64,000 bases of DNA from assembly GCA_965240325.2 (NCBI GenBank), contig OZ251240.1:124001-188000 (forward strand), read 5' to 3'. A program made the position numbers and the translations under genes. Numbering within the stretch: position 1 is the stretch's first letter; each line of letters begins with the position of its first letter. A model generated the notes under the pieces. The model worked only from the letters and a program-made list of their open reading frames with translations. It ran no database searches and was not told the DNA's origin. Origin of the DNA: Rebecca billardiae RCC1528. Taxonomy: Eukaryota > Protista > Haptophyta. Below are positions 43,080 to 53,012 of the stretch, piece after piece.

Positions 43080-45860
43080 ATGTTGCATCGGCGAGGCGCG
43101 GAGCCAGTGGGGACCGCCCGCTCGGCGCGCCCGCCCTTGGGGATGGCGGGCATCGAGGCGGAGGCGATGGTCGCGGCGGCGGAGCCAGCGGAGCAGGCGG
43201 CGCAGGCGCCCGAGCCGCTCGAGCCCATGACCGAGCCGCTCGAGCCCATTACCGAGCCGCTCGAGCCCGCGCCCGCGCCCACGCCGCGCGCGCACCGCGC
43301 GCGGTACGGGCTGACGGGCGTGGTGCAGTTCACGGCCGTGCTGGTCGCGGCGTACGGCAACCGCTTCCTCACCGGCGTGACGACGCGCGCGATCGGCGCG
43401 GTGCGCACCACGCCCGGCTGCGAGAAGCTGCTGCTGCTGTGGAACAAGCCGCGCGCCGAGCTCGACGCCGCGCTGCGCGACGCGTGGCCGCCGATGACGC
43501 TCGAGGCGGTGCAGGCGCAGGCGGGCGCGCCGCTGCGCGTGCTCTTCGAGAGCGTCAACTCGCTGAACAACCGGTACCGGCACCTGGAGGAGATCGAGAC
43601 GGAGGCGGTCGTCTTCTTCGACGACGACGTCAAGGCCTCGATGGTCCCCGAGCTCCTCCTCGGCGTGCTGCAGCCGTGGGCGCACGAGCGCACGCGGCTC
43701 GTGTCCACGTGCGCGCGCGCGATCGCGCAGCCGGGCTCCAAGCTGAGCAAGAAGGTGTGGGCGTACCAGGACATCCACGCGGCGTCGTACACGCGGGGGA
43801 ACATGATGCTGCCGCACGTGATGGCCTTCGACAAGGGCCTGCTCGAGCTGTACATGTCCGAGCGGTACGCGCCGCTGCGCCGCTGGGTGGACGAGGACGC
43901 GGCGCACTGCGACGACATCTTGCTCAACTTCGTGTACCAGTCGGAGCGCTCGGCGGGGGCGCTCTGGCCGTACGCGCCGGAGTGGTTCATGATCGTGCAC
44001 GACGACAAGGGCATCTCGACGCAGACCGGGCGCATGGCGCTGCGCGCGCGCTGCGCCGAGTACATTGCCACGCACCTGCCGCAGCCCGCGTCGGGCGCGC
44101 CCAAGCCCGCGTGGCTGCGGCCGGCGACGCGGCTGTGGACCAACTGGTCGCACGTGGTCACGCGGCAGATGGAGCGGCGCGGGCGCGACGTGCTGTACCG
44201 CTTCAAGCAGGAGTCCGCGCACTTCCCGCTCAACCTGCTCCCCGCCCTCCGCGCCACGGCCCCCGCCGTGCCCGTCCTCCCGTTTGGCAAGGAGACGACG
44301 GTGGCGCTGCTGTGCGCCGACGTGGGCGCGCCCGCCGTCTCGAGGGCGGGCGAGGGCGGGCCGAGCGCGCGGATGGTGGGGCGGGTGTTCCAGCAGCACC
44401 CCGAGACGGGGATCAAGCTGGTGTACGTGCTGGCGTGCGGCGCCGAGCGCACCGACGGCAAGGGCCGGCTGGCGGGCGAGACGGCCGTGCACGGCTGGCC
44501 GCTGGTCAACCTGTGTTCGTACAGCGAGGGCGCCACCTCGGGCACCGTCTCCACGGCGTGGGCGAAGGCGTACCTGCGCGAGCGGAAGGTGCGGCTCTTC
44601 ATCTTCGTCGACTACCGCCTCGAGTACATGCCCGCCGCGGAGAGCATGCCGGACGTGCCGATCATCCTCTGGGCGCGGGAGCCGCGCACGCAGGCGCAGC
44701 GCCACCGCATCGAGCACGTCGCGCTCCCGGGCGAGGCGCAGCCCGCGCAGGGCACGCGCACGGCCGACGCGCGCGGCGCGCGCGAGCTGTGGGCCCGCGC
44801 GGCGCGCGTGGGCGTGGGCATGGCGTACGAGCCCGCGATGTACAACCGCGTGCCCGAGGCGTACAACCTGCCGCGCGACGCGATCCGGCGCGAGCTGCCG
44901 GACGTGGTCGGCACGTGCACGGTGCACGGCCTCGCGCTGCAGCCCAAGCCGGCGGGGATGGAGGCGCCCACGCCGGAGGTGCTGTTCCTCGCGAGGCCCG
45001 ACCCGGTGACCAGGCCGTGGCTCCTCGTCGAGCTCGCGCGCGCCTTCCCGGAGGTCACCTTCTACGCGCTGGGCAAGCCGCGCTCCAGCGGGCCTGGCTG
45101 GTTTGAGCCTCCGCCCGCGGGCGCGGTGCCCAACCTCGTCTTCCTGGGCGCGCCCACGTCCGAGATGGAGAAGGCGGAGCGGCTCGCGCGCGCGTGGTTC
45201 GTGGTCAACCTGAGCGTGCACGAGAGCGTGCCCACCGCGTGGCTCGAGGCGTTCCACTGCCGCACGCCCGTGCTGGGCACCGTCAACCCGGGCGGGCTGG
45301 TGCGGCTGTACGGCCGGTACGCGGGCGAGTGGAAGGGCAACGGCCTCGCCGGGCTGCCGCGCATCAAGGCGGCCTTCTTGCAGCTGCTCACGAACCACAC
45401 GCTGCGCGCCGAGCTGGGCGTGGCCGCGCGGAAGCACGTGCTCGAGACGCACAACACGCCGCGCTTCGTGCGCAAGTTCGTCGAGCTCAGCTACCTCGTC
45501 GCGGGCGGCGAGCTCAACCGCTCGTGGTCGCACCACGGCGGTGACCACGGCGGGGGCGCGCACGGCGCGGGCGGCGGCAGCGGCGGCGGGGGCGCCAGCA
45601 GCAGCGGCATCCGCAGCGGCGGCAGCGGCGCCCACCCGAGCAAGCGCCCGCCCTCCCTCAGCGGGGGCTGGGCGCGCAAGCCGGCGTCCAAGCAGTCGAG
45701 CATGATCGCGCTGCTCAAGCTGCACGCGCAGCGCGAGAAGCTGGCGGCGAGGCATCGCGGCGCGCTCAGCTCGACGACGAGACGAGCCGCAGCAGGCCTG
45801 GCAGGGCGGCCAGCAGGCGGCCGGGCCCAGAGCCAGCAGCAGCGCCAGCGGCAGCAATAG
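43080..45860 (+). CDS. Fusion of a GT64 (EXTL2/exostosin C-terminal-like) domain and a GT4-like GT-B glycosyltransferase (start 43080 or 43143)
   Basis: GT64: FTAVL, LWNK, NSLNNRY...IETEAVVFFDDDV, HCDDILLNF. GT4: VLFLARPDPVTRP, NLVFLG, SVHESVPTAWLEAFHCRTPVL. Confidence 0.85.
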   Translation: MLHRRGAEPVGTARSARPPLGMAGIEAEAMVAAAEPAEQAAQAPEPLEPMTEPLEPITEPLEPAPAPTPRAHRARYGLTGVVQFTAVLVAAYGNRFLTGVTTRAIGAVRTTPGCEKLLLLWNKPRAELDAALRDAWPPMTLEAVQAQAGAPLRVLFESVNSLNNRYRHLEEIETEAVVFFDDDVKASMVPELLLGVLQPWAHERTRLVSTCARAIAQPGSKLSKKVWAYQDIHAASYTRGNMMLPHVMAFDKGLLELYMSERYAPLRRWVDEDAAHCDDILLNFVYQSERSAGALWPYAPEWFMIVHDDKGISTQTGRMALRARCAEYIATHLPQPASGAPKPAWLRPATRLWTNWSHVVTRQMERRGRDVLYRFKQESAHFPLNLLPALRATAPAVPVLPFGKETTVALLCADVGAPAVSRAGEGGPSARMVGRVFQQHPETGIKLVYVLACGAERTDGKGRLAGETAVHGWPLVNLCSYSEGATSGTVSTAWAKAYLRERKVRLFIFVDYRLEYMPAAESMPDVPIILWAREPRTQAQRHRIEHVALPGEAQPAQGTRTADARGARELWARAARVGVGMAYEPAMYNRVPEAYNLPRDAIRRELPDVVGTCTVHGLALQPKPAGMEAPTPEVLFLARPDPVTRPWLLVELARAFPEVTFYALGKPRSSGPGWFEPPPAGAVPNLVFLGAPTSEMEKAERLARAWFVVNLSVHESVPTAWLEAFHCRTPVLGTVNPGGLVRLYGRYAGEWKGNGLAGLPRIKAAFLQLLTNHTLRAELGVAARKHVLETHNTPRFVRKFVELSYLVAGGELNRSWSHHGGDHGGGAHGAGGGSGGGGASSSGIRSGGSGAHPSKRPPSLSGGWARKPASKQSSMIALLKLHAQREKLAARHRGALSSTTRRAAAGLAGRPAGGRAQSQQQRQRQQ

Positions 45861-46214
45861 CGGCACGCGCCAGCAGCGCAGCTGGCGGCTGTCGTCGCAG
45901 ACATCGCATCAGCTGCGCGCGTGACTATACGAGCAGCTGCTTGCCACTGCTATTACGGCGCGCGGTCGATAACGAGCGCAACCGACTACGACCGAGAAAC
46001 GGCGCGGCGGTCGTCGTCACCCGGACTATAGTGATGATTAAGGAGACTACACGCTGACGCGGCCGCGCCGTGGGCGTGAGTCGCCGTCGGCGGCCCGTCG
46101 CGCCGAGCGACGGCTTATAATTAATATATATATATATAATAATATGCGCGCTAAGCAGTATATATAATAAGCGCGGTACGTATCGTCGCGTCTACGACTG
46201 CCGCGCGCGCAGCA

Positions 46215-46500
<286 letters not shown>

Positions 46501-47279
46501 TGTTATTGGTACAATAACTGAGTGTGTACGAGCTGCGTGACGGCGGGGCTCGCCGTGTGGCCTCTCACTCTGTTGCACCCAGCTCGCAGAATTCGTCATG
46601 AACCTTCTAGTTCTACGGGTACACGGCTGGCTGCTGCATCACCTGGAGTGAGAGTGGCTTCTCGGGCGCCCCCGAGCCATTCCACTTCGTTCGGCAAGGC
46701 GAGCTGCTCTGGCTCTTGCCGCCTCGTCGGAGCCCCAAAAGGGGGCATTCAGCGGGCATCATCGGCGCGCACCTCGCTCCTCGATCCGCGCGAGGTAGGA
46801 CTCGGCAGCGCACAACAGCTGCGCGCCCGAGACACCTATCGCCTCGACCTCCAGCAGAGGATGCCCAACTCGTCTCAGCAAGCCGCTCGGCTGCGCGCCT
46901 ACCGCCGCACGCCCGAGCCGCGCATTGCCACGACCAGCAGCTGCTTTGTTTGGCCCGCCCTTCCCGCCCCTGTCTGTCTGCCTGTCTGGCTTGCCGGTCC
47001 TGCCAGCCAGAGGCCTGGTCATCAGTGGGCGCGCGGACAGCGCCATGCGGGTCCAGACCAATATATATATATATATATTCGCCGCCACAGGCGGGCAAGT
47101 GGCCCAGCCAGCAAGTGGCATCGGAACTCGGGCACAGTGCTGTCAGTGGCATCGGTCCCATCGTATGTCTTCAGTCGTCGATGTCGCTCCGGAGTCTCGT
47201 CCCCGGCGCCGCAGCGCGCGCCGCAGCCGCTGCCGAGATCGCTGCTCTCCTCGCCGAGATGGCGAGGGCGGCTGAGCTG

Positions 47280-47354
47280 CTAGCGGCGTGCGTAGCTGTG
47301 CCTGATGGCGAGCGGGTTGTCTGCAGACGTCTCGTTCGAGTTGGAGATGCCGAG

Positions 47355-47394
<40 letters not shown>

Positions 47395-47581
47395 AACGTG
47401 CCGGGGCCGGGCTGCGAGCAGCTGCTGCCAAACGCCACGCGGCCAGAGCCGGGCCGGCCGTACAGCCCAGCGGAGGGGCCTGGGTTGAAGTGTGCGCTGC
47501 GCGAGCCCCGTGTGTGCGCAATGAGCGGGTTGTCTGCGGACGTCAGGTTCGAGTTGACGATACCGCCGCCGCCGCCGCCAC

Positions 47582-47612
<31 letters not shown>

Positions 47613-47754
47613 AAAGCTGCCGGGGCCGGGCTGCGAGTAGCTGCTGCCGAAGGCGGGGCCGGGCCCGCCACCGCGGGAGCCTCGGCGGCCGGCGGCCGGC
47701 GCCCCGAACGAGCCTCCGGAGCCTCCGCTCAGCGGCCGGCCCGCGCCGCCGTAC

Positions 47755-47789
<35 letters not shown>

Positions 47790-48662
47790 TCCGTACGAGG
47801 CGGAGCCGGTGCGCGGGCGGCGCTCCGCGGGCGGCGCGGTGCCCTGCGCAAAGTTGACGGCGCGCGGCTCCGCGCGCGAACTGGGTGCCGCGCGCGCCCC
47901 GTAGCGCGACGCGCCGCCGCCACCGCCGCCGACCGCGGGCAGCGTGGGGCGCGCCGCGGCCGCGCGCGGCGGCGGGCCGGGCGCGCGCGACGGCCCGCCA
48001 AAGCGTCCGCCGCGCGGCGGCGCGCCGCGCGGTCCGGCGCGCGCGCGCGCCGCCGCGGCGTCCGCCAGGTCCATCTCCCGCGCGCCGCGCACCATCTGCT
48101 GGAACTCCTCGTGCTTCGAGCGCCAGTTGGAGTGCCACTGCGGAGGCGGGCCCCCGCGCGCGGAGGCGGTGGCGGAGGCGCGCGCGCTGCCCGCGCGGCC
48201 GCGGCCGCCGCGCCGAGCGGAGCGCGAGGCGGGGCCGAACGAGCCGTCGTCACCGCCCACGCGCTGCGCGGCGGACTCGAACCGCGGCCGCGGCTTGGAC
48301 ACCTTGGCGCACGCCTGCTCGTGCCTCGCGATCCTGTCTGGGACAAACGTGCGCCCGCACAGCCGGCACGCGACGAAGCCGAGCGGCGTGCCGCCGCCGC
48401 CGCCGTCGGCCATGTACGCGTCCAGGTCGGCGGCCGTCGTGCTCGGCCCGCTCCCACGCCGCGCCGGCCGCTCGTCGGCGAAACCGTCTGCGCGGCCGCC
48501 GCCCTGCGAGCCCTTGCGCGGCCGGCCCGCCGCCGAGCGCGCGAGCATGTTGGCGACGGTGGCCTCGTCCGGGCGCAGGGTGCACCGGTCGACGTGTATC
48601 TTCAGGCTCGCCGTGCCGTACTCCCGCCCGCAGAACGGGCACGGCCGCCAGCCCGGCGGCAT
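47280..48662 (-). CDS. ZC2HC1-like C2HC zinc-finger protein with a Gly-rich duplicated C-terminus
   Basis: CPFCGREYGTASLKIHVDRC, CRLCGRTFVPDRIARHEQAC.K...RPRFES..QR, NWRSKHEEFQQMVR. Confidence 0.85.
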
Positions 48663-48750
48663 GTCTGTCCCGAGGCGGCTGGCTGCTGCTTGGCTGCCCC
48701 GCGAGTCGGCGGCCAGCGCCGCTTGGTGCGCTGTTCATGACCAAGCAAGG

Positions 48751-49394
48751 TGACAAATCGGATGAAAACCCGTTTGCCGAGCGAGCTAAATCGGCTTGCG
48801 CAAGCCGATTTAGCTCGCTCGGCAAACGGGTTTTCATCCGATTTGTCATAACCGAGGTCACCTGGGGACACCCCGCGAGGGGCTGTTGTCCGTCCCAGTC
48901 TACCGACTCCGGATTTGTTGACGAGGTTGTTCCTTCCCCGCCCGGTCTGTCCCGGGTGTCCGCCCTGCGTGCTCGTCTGCGCTGTGTGGCTTCGTAGAGG
49001 CTCCGGCTTCTGTGTGAGTGTGGGCGGTGAGCCCTTCTGCGGCTGTGGCTTCTTGAGGCTCGTTGTTGTAGCGTTGTTGTTGACCCGGGTGTGACTCGCC
49101 CGGGGGCTGCGCTTTTCGTGGAGCCGTGCTCGTCTTCTGTCGGCGGTGGGTCGTTGTCCGATTTCTGTTCGATTCTTCGTCGTCTCCGGCTCGTCTTCCT
49201 CCCCCCTGGCCGTAAGGCTCTCGCGGGGAGCCGGAGAGCGGGCAAGAACTTTTTGTGGCACGTCGGTAGTGGGATTCGAACAGGCGACTTTAGTCCTGAC
49301 AAATCGGATGAAAACCCGTTTGCCGAGCGAGCTAAATCGGCTTGCGCAAGCCGATTTAGCTCGCTCGGCAAACGGGTTTTCATCCGATTTGTCA
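48751..49394. mobile_element. 644-bp insertion bounded by two identical perfect 98-bp palindromes, with TG...CA ends and a 5-bp TSD (CAAGG)
   Basis: Palindromes at 48751-48848 and 49297-49394 (centre ttgc|gcaa). CAAGG at 48746-48750 and 49395-49399. Confidence 0.92.
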
Positions 49395-50039
49395 CAAGGG
49401 CTTCTGTCACGCCCGGCTTTTTAGAGTGCTCTTTATTTCTTTGCTCGCACCCTTGCTCGCACCAAGGGGCCTCTCGCACACAGTTTCGTCCTGCGGAGCC
49501 GCGCCTGCAAGTTCAGTCCCGCTTCGTCCGGCCCCCGCCAAGACACTGACAAAGCATGGCCCTTGGACAAAGAGTGCCGCCACGCCTGGCGGGCTGTGGC
49601 ACACCGGGCGAGGACGCAGCAGGCGCATCAGCCGACTGAGTAAGCGCAGTAAGTGGGAGGGCGCGTGTGGAGACAACGGTGCAGGCGCGCTCGGGGAGAG
49701 CCGGAGAGTGCGCGACGCGTCGCAGCATCAGCAGACGGAGTGGGCGCCGGGGCCGTGACCACCATCATGTAGCTACGGCTAGTCCGCGGACGGGACCACT
49801 GGCACTGCCAAGTGCTACAGAGTACAGTAATATGTCAGTATGCAGTATATATTAGCTGATGACACTACGTGTGACGTGGTGGCCGCCTGAAGGGCTCCGG
49901 ACGGTGATGACTGATGAGCGGGCGAGCCTCGGCCGGGGCCGTCGGGCGGCTGCAAGTTATTATACCCCATCATCAGCATAATAATCGATATGTACAATAT
50001 TAATACATTACAATATATATATATATATTATGACTAAGC

Positions 50040-50240
50040 TATCTATGAGGGAGAGTCGAGAGAGAGCCAGCCTCGGAGGCGGAGAGACAGAGAGACGAGA
50101 GAGACCTCTTATAGATCCTCGAGAGAGAGTTAGTATTTTAGTCTCGGAGAGAGAGACTGGAGACGCGAGATACGGAGAGAGAGAGAGACGGAGTCGAGAG
50201 AGATGATCGAGAGTCTAAAGCAAGAGCAGATGGAGGGAAA
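50040..50240. repeat. Degenerate GA-rich microsatellite flanked by AT-rich tracts
   Basis: Directly visible. Confidence 0.8.
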
Positions 50241-50324
50241 TAATAATTGAATTAAATCAAAAGAATATATATATAACAAATGTGACGCGTCGTCTAATGA
50301 CTAAGGCTACTGCTAGCTACTCAC

Positions 50325-51236
50325 TCACGCATTAAGCCCATCGGTCATCTCAGCGCCACTGTGATGCCAGCAGTTCAGGGGCGGCGGAGCCTGGCGAACT
50401 CCTCGCGAATGTGCTTCACTGCCCCGATCGTATGCGCTCCACCAATGGGATACGTCGTCGAGATTTGCATCGAGAGGCGTGTCTGGGATGCCAGCCAGTG
50501 CCCACACCATCGCACGCGCCTGCCAGGGAGATGCGACGACGTTGGCAAACGGTACCTCGATGAGCCAGGGAGTGTGGTTCGCAAGCGTACTGCGCGCCCA
50601 CGCGTACCATTTGCGTTGCTCTCGCGTAAAACGCCGCGACGCATTCGCGGGATCGCATGGCGGGCGCGCTCGCCCGGTCCGGTTTTCGAACTGTGCATGC
50701 TCGTTCGGATGGTGGGACCAGTCGTTCGTGCGAGATGCCCAGTGAAATGAGCACTCGACCTGCGCTGCGGGTCGTTCGACGATCACAAAGCGCACACTTT
50801 TGACATGCGCGAGATCTTTAAGAACTGCTCCCGGCGCCGTGTGAGTGCGGAACAATTTGATGACCACGGTGCACTGCTGCGCGCACGCTCTGTTGGCCGC
50901 GAGCTTGCTGTAGTCCTGGCAAAGCGCACGGCGCGTGCCGAACAGCCGTTCCAACGGCGGTCGCGATGGGTCGAAATAGAGCTCGGGCACGATATACTGA
51001 GCAACAGCGCGCGGATGTTCCCTGGGGTGCACAAGGAAGCCCTGGTTGAAGAACTCGTCGAGCCCGATCACGCACGGATGGTACTGTAGCGCCGTCATGA
51101 AGGTTGTGGTGCCCGCGCGCATCGTCCCGACGAGGACGATGATGTCCGCAGGTGGCAAAGGCGAGCTAGAGGATGTGGAAGACGGTAGCAACACCGCAAG
51201 CAAGAGCCATCGTGCCCAGACCGCTTGCCTCGCCAT
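50325..51236 (-). CDS. Secreted/Golgi sulfotransferase-like protein
   Basis: Signal-like MARQAVWARWLLLAVLL; 5'-PSB-like IIVLVGTMRAGTT...LQYHP....EFF; VIKLF; IVER......S (3'-PB-like). Confidence 0.72.
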   Translation of the reverse strand: MARQAVWARWLLLAVLLPSSTSSSSPLPPADIIVLVGTMRAGTTTFMTALQYHPCVIGLDEFFNQGFLVHPREHPRAVAQYIVPELYFDPSRPPLERLFGTRRALCQDYSKLAANRACAQQCTVVIKLFRTHTAPGAVLKDLAHVKSVRFVIVERPAAQVECSFHWASRTNDWSHHPNEHAQFENRTGRARPPCDPANASRRFTREQRKWYAWARSTLANHTPWLIEVPFANVVASPWQARAMVWALAGIPDTPLDANLDDVSHWWSAYDRGSEAHSRGVRQAPPPLNCWHHSGAEMTDGLNA

Positions 51237-51495
51237 CCCTCCGAGCGAGATGCACAGCGCGGGTCCAGACGGGATTCTCATGAAGACGGGGTGCTCAGGC
51301 ATCCCAAGGGCGTTCCCGGGATCCTGCCACACGCTCGCGAAAAGCAAAGCCCCCCCTGGGGGGGCTTTGCCTTTTTCCGTATTCAATGTACCCGCTTCGA
51401 ATGGACGAAGCCCGTTCCAATAGGAAGACGGTTCAATTTGGCGTTGACCGATGCGGGGAACGCCCCTGAGGGTTTCAGATCGGCGGTGCCCGCGT

Positions 51496-52293
51496 TTACA
51501 TTATTACCGTACCGAATAACGAAACACATGCAAGGGCGCATTTCTTCGATCGAACCAAGGGCTTGCACGGCTTGCACCAAAGATTCGCTGGCGCCCGGCC
51601 TTGCGCGAACTCATGCCGGCCAGCCCCGCTTCGGCGTGCGCGTGCGCGCGCGCACAAACCTGCGCGCTGCACTTGTGCCGCGCGCGCGCGTGGCCTCGCC
51701 AGGCGCGCCTCCGTCGCTAGCGCCCGATCGCGTGTGCACGCGTCCGTGAGCGCGTGTTGCTGCTCGGCAACGGCACGCCGGCGTGCCACATCCAGCGCGC
51801 GTTGCGCGCGTGCGAGAACGTGATGCATGTGCGCGGGCACGGCGCGTGTGACGCGCTCGAGCACAGCAATCTGGGTGCCCGTCTCGTCGGAAGCGTCGAC
51901 ACCCGACAAATCGAGCCCGCGCGTCGCGCGCGGCTGTCGCCTAGCGGGCACCGGGCGGGGTCGGCCCTGCGCCTCGCGCAGCGCGCGCCAGACGCACGCA
52001 CGAGCGTTGGGCATGTGCGCGGGCGTGCAGCGCAGCGCGCGTGTGAACATGGCGATGTGCGTCTCCGTCGCGTCGAGGGGGTCGACGCCCGCCATGTGCA
52101 GCCCGCGCGTCGCGAGCGGCTCCGTCGGCATCCCGGCCGATTCACGCCGGACCACGCCACGAGCAAACGGAATTGCACGCTGGACCTTCTCTCGTGGGCA
52201 GTGCATCCACTCTGGGACGCAGGCCAACGTACGGCAAAGAGCTTCGAGGACAACCGCGGCTGGGCTCGGCGGCTTCGGCGGCTTTTCGGCCAT
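51496..52293 (-). CDS. Hypothetical protein with three ~55-aa helical repeats (3' end uncertain)
   Basis: ATG at 52293; repeats such as TRGL..AGVD..D.T.T.IA...R..R..PAHM......RAL. Confidence 0.55.
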   Translation of the reverse strand: MAEKPPKPPSPAAVVLEALCRTLACVPEWMHCPREKVQRAIPFARGVVRRESAGMPTEPLATRGLHMAGVDPLDATETHIAMFTRALRCTPAHMPNARACVWRALREAQGRPRPVPARRQPRATRGLDLSGVDASDETGTQIAVLERVTRAVPAHMHHVLARAQRALDVARRRAVAEQQHALTDACTRDRALATEARLARPRARAAQVQRAGLCARARARRSGAGRHEFAQGRAPANLWCKPCKPLVRSKKCALACVSLFGTVIM

Positions 52294-53012
52294 CGCGGCC
52301 ACCGCCGTTGCGCCGGCCAGGGTGGCCAAGGCCACACGTCTCGTCGTCAGCAAAAGCTCGGAGTTGTGGCCGCATGCACGCTTCGAACAGCGCCACACCG
52401 ATGACAAGGACGCTCGTGGTCGGTTCTCGAAGCGGCAAGGCGATCCGCACGACGACAGTACGAATGGCATATGCGAGTGAGTACGACTTCTCCATCCGCA
52501 CATTCCTGTCGTAGGTTGTCCTAGGCGGACGGTTATTATTTATTGTATCATGATGTTAATAATAAATAAGTCTACTATATATATATGCGATTTCTTCCCA
52601 CGTATATAGCTACATAATGAAGGTTGGACGCCTGCTGCTCGCGCGCGAACAATGGCGTCAATTAATGCGCGTCGTATTTGCAAATATATAGGGTAGACGA
52701 GTCGGTGGGGGGGCATCAGGTATTATTATAATAAATAATAAAAAAGTGTCGTGTTGTAGTGCGTCAAGTGCGTGCACGTCGGGACGACCGCGATTCACTT
52801 TCAACTTTGCGCGACTGCACCGGCGGGATGGAGGCCGAAGAGTCGACGCTCGCCCGGCCCCGGGCCCAGGGTGACCGTTTGGGCGGTGTCTACTGTCGGG
52901 CACCGCACGCACGACCGGCGCGCAGGCAGCCGAGGCGACTGGCGGCGTGACCCACGGTGCGGATCAGCGAGGGGCGCCGCCACGGGCCTCACTTGGCGGC
53001 GCCCTACGGGCC

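Noticed and set aside
41426-45866. Apparent long overlap of the 976-aa and 1318-aa ORFs
   Set aside because: The domain-bearing parts do not overlap. Each ORF's upstream extension is the antisense of the other gene.
48751-49394. CRISPR array or canonical LTR/TRIM interpretation
   Set aside because: There are only two 98-bp repeats, no cas genes and a eukaryotic context. No adjacent PBS or PPT is visible, so a TRIM is unsupported though not excluded.
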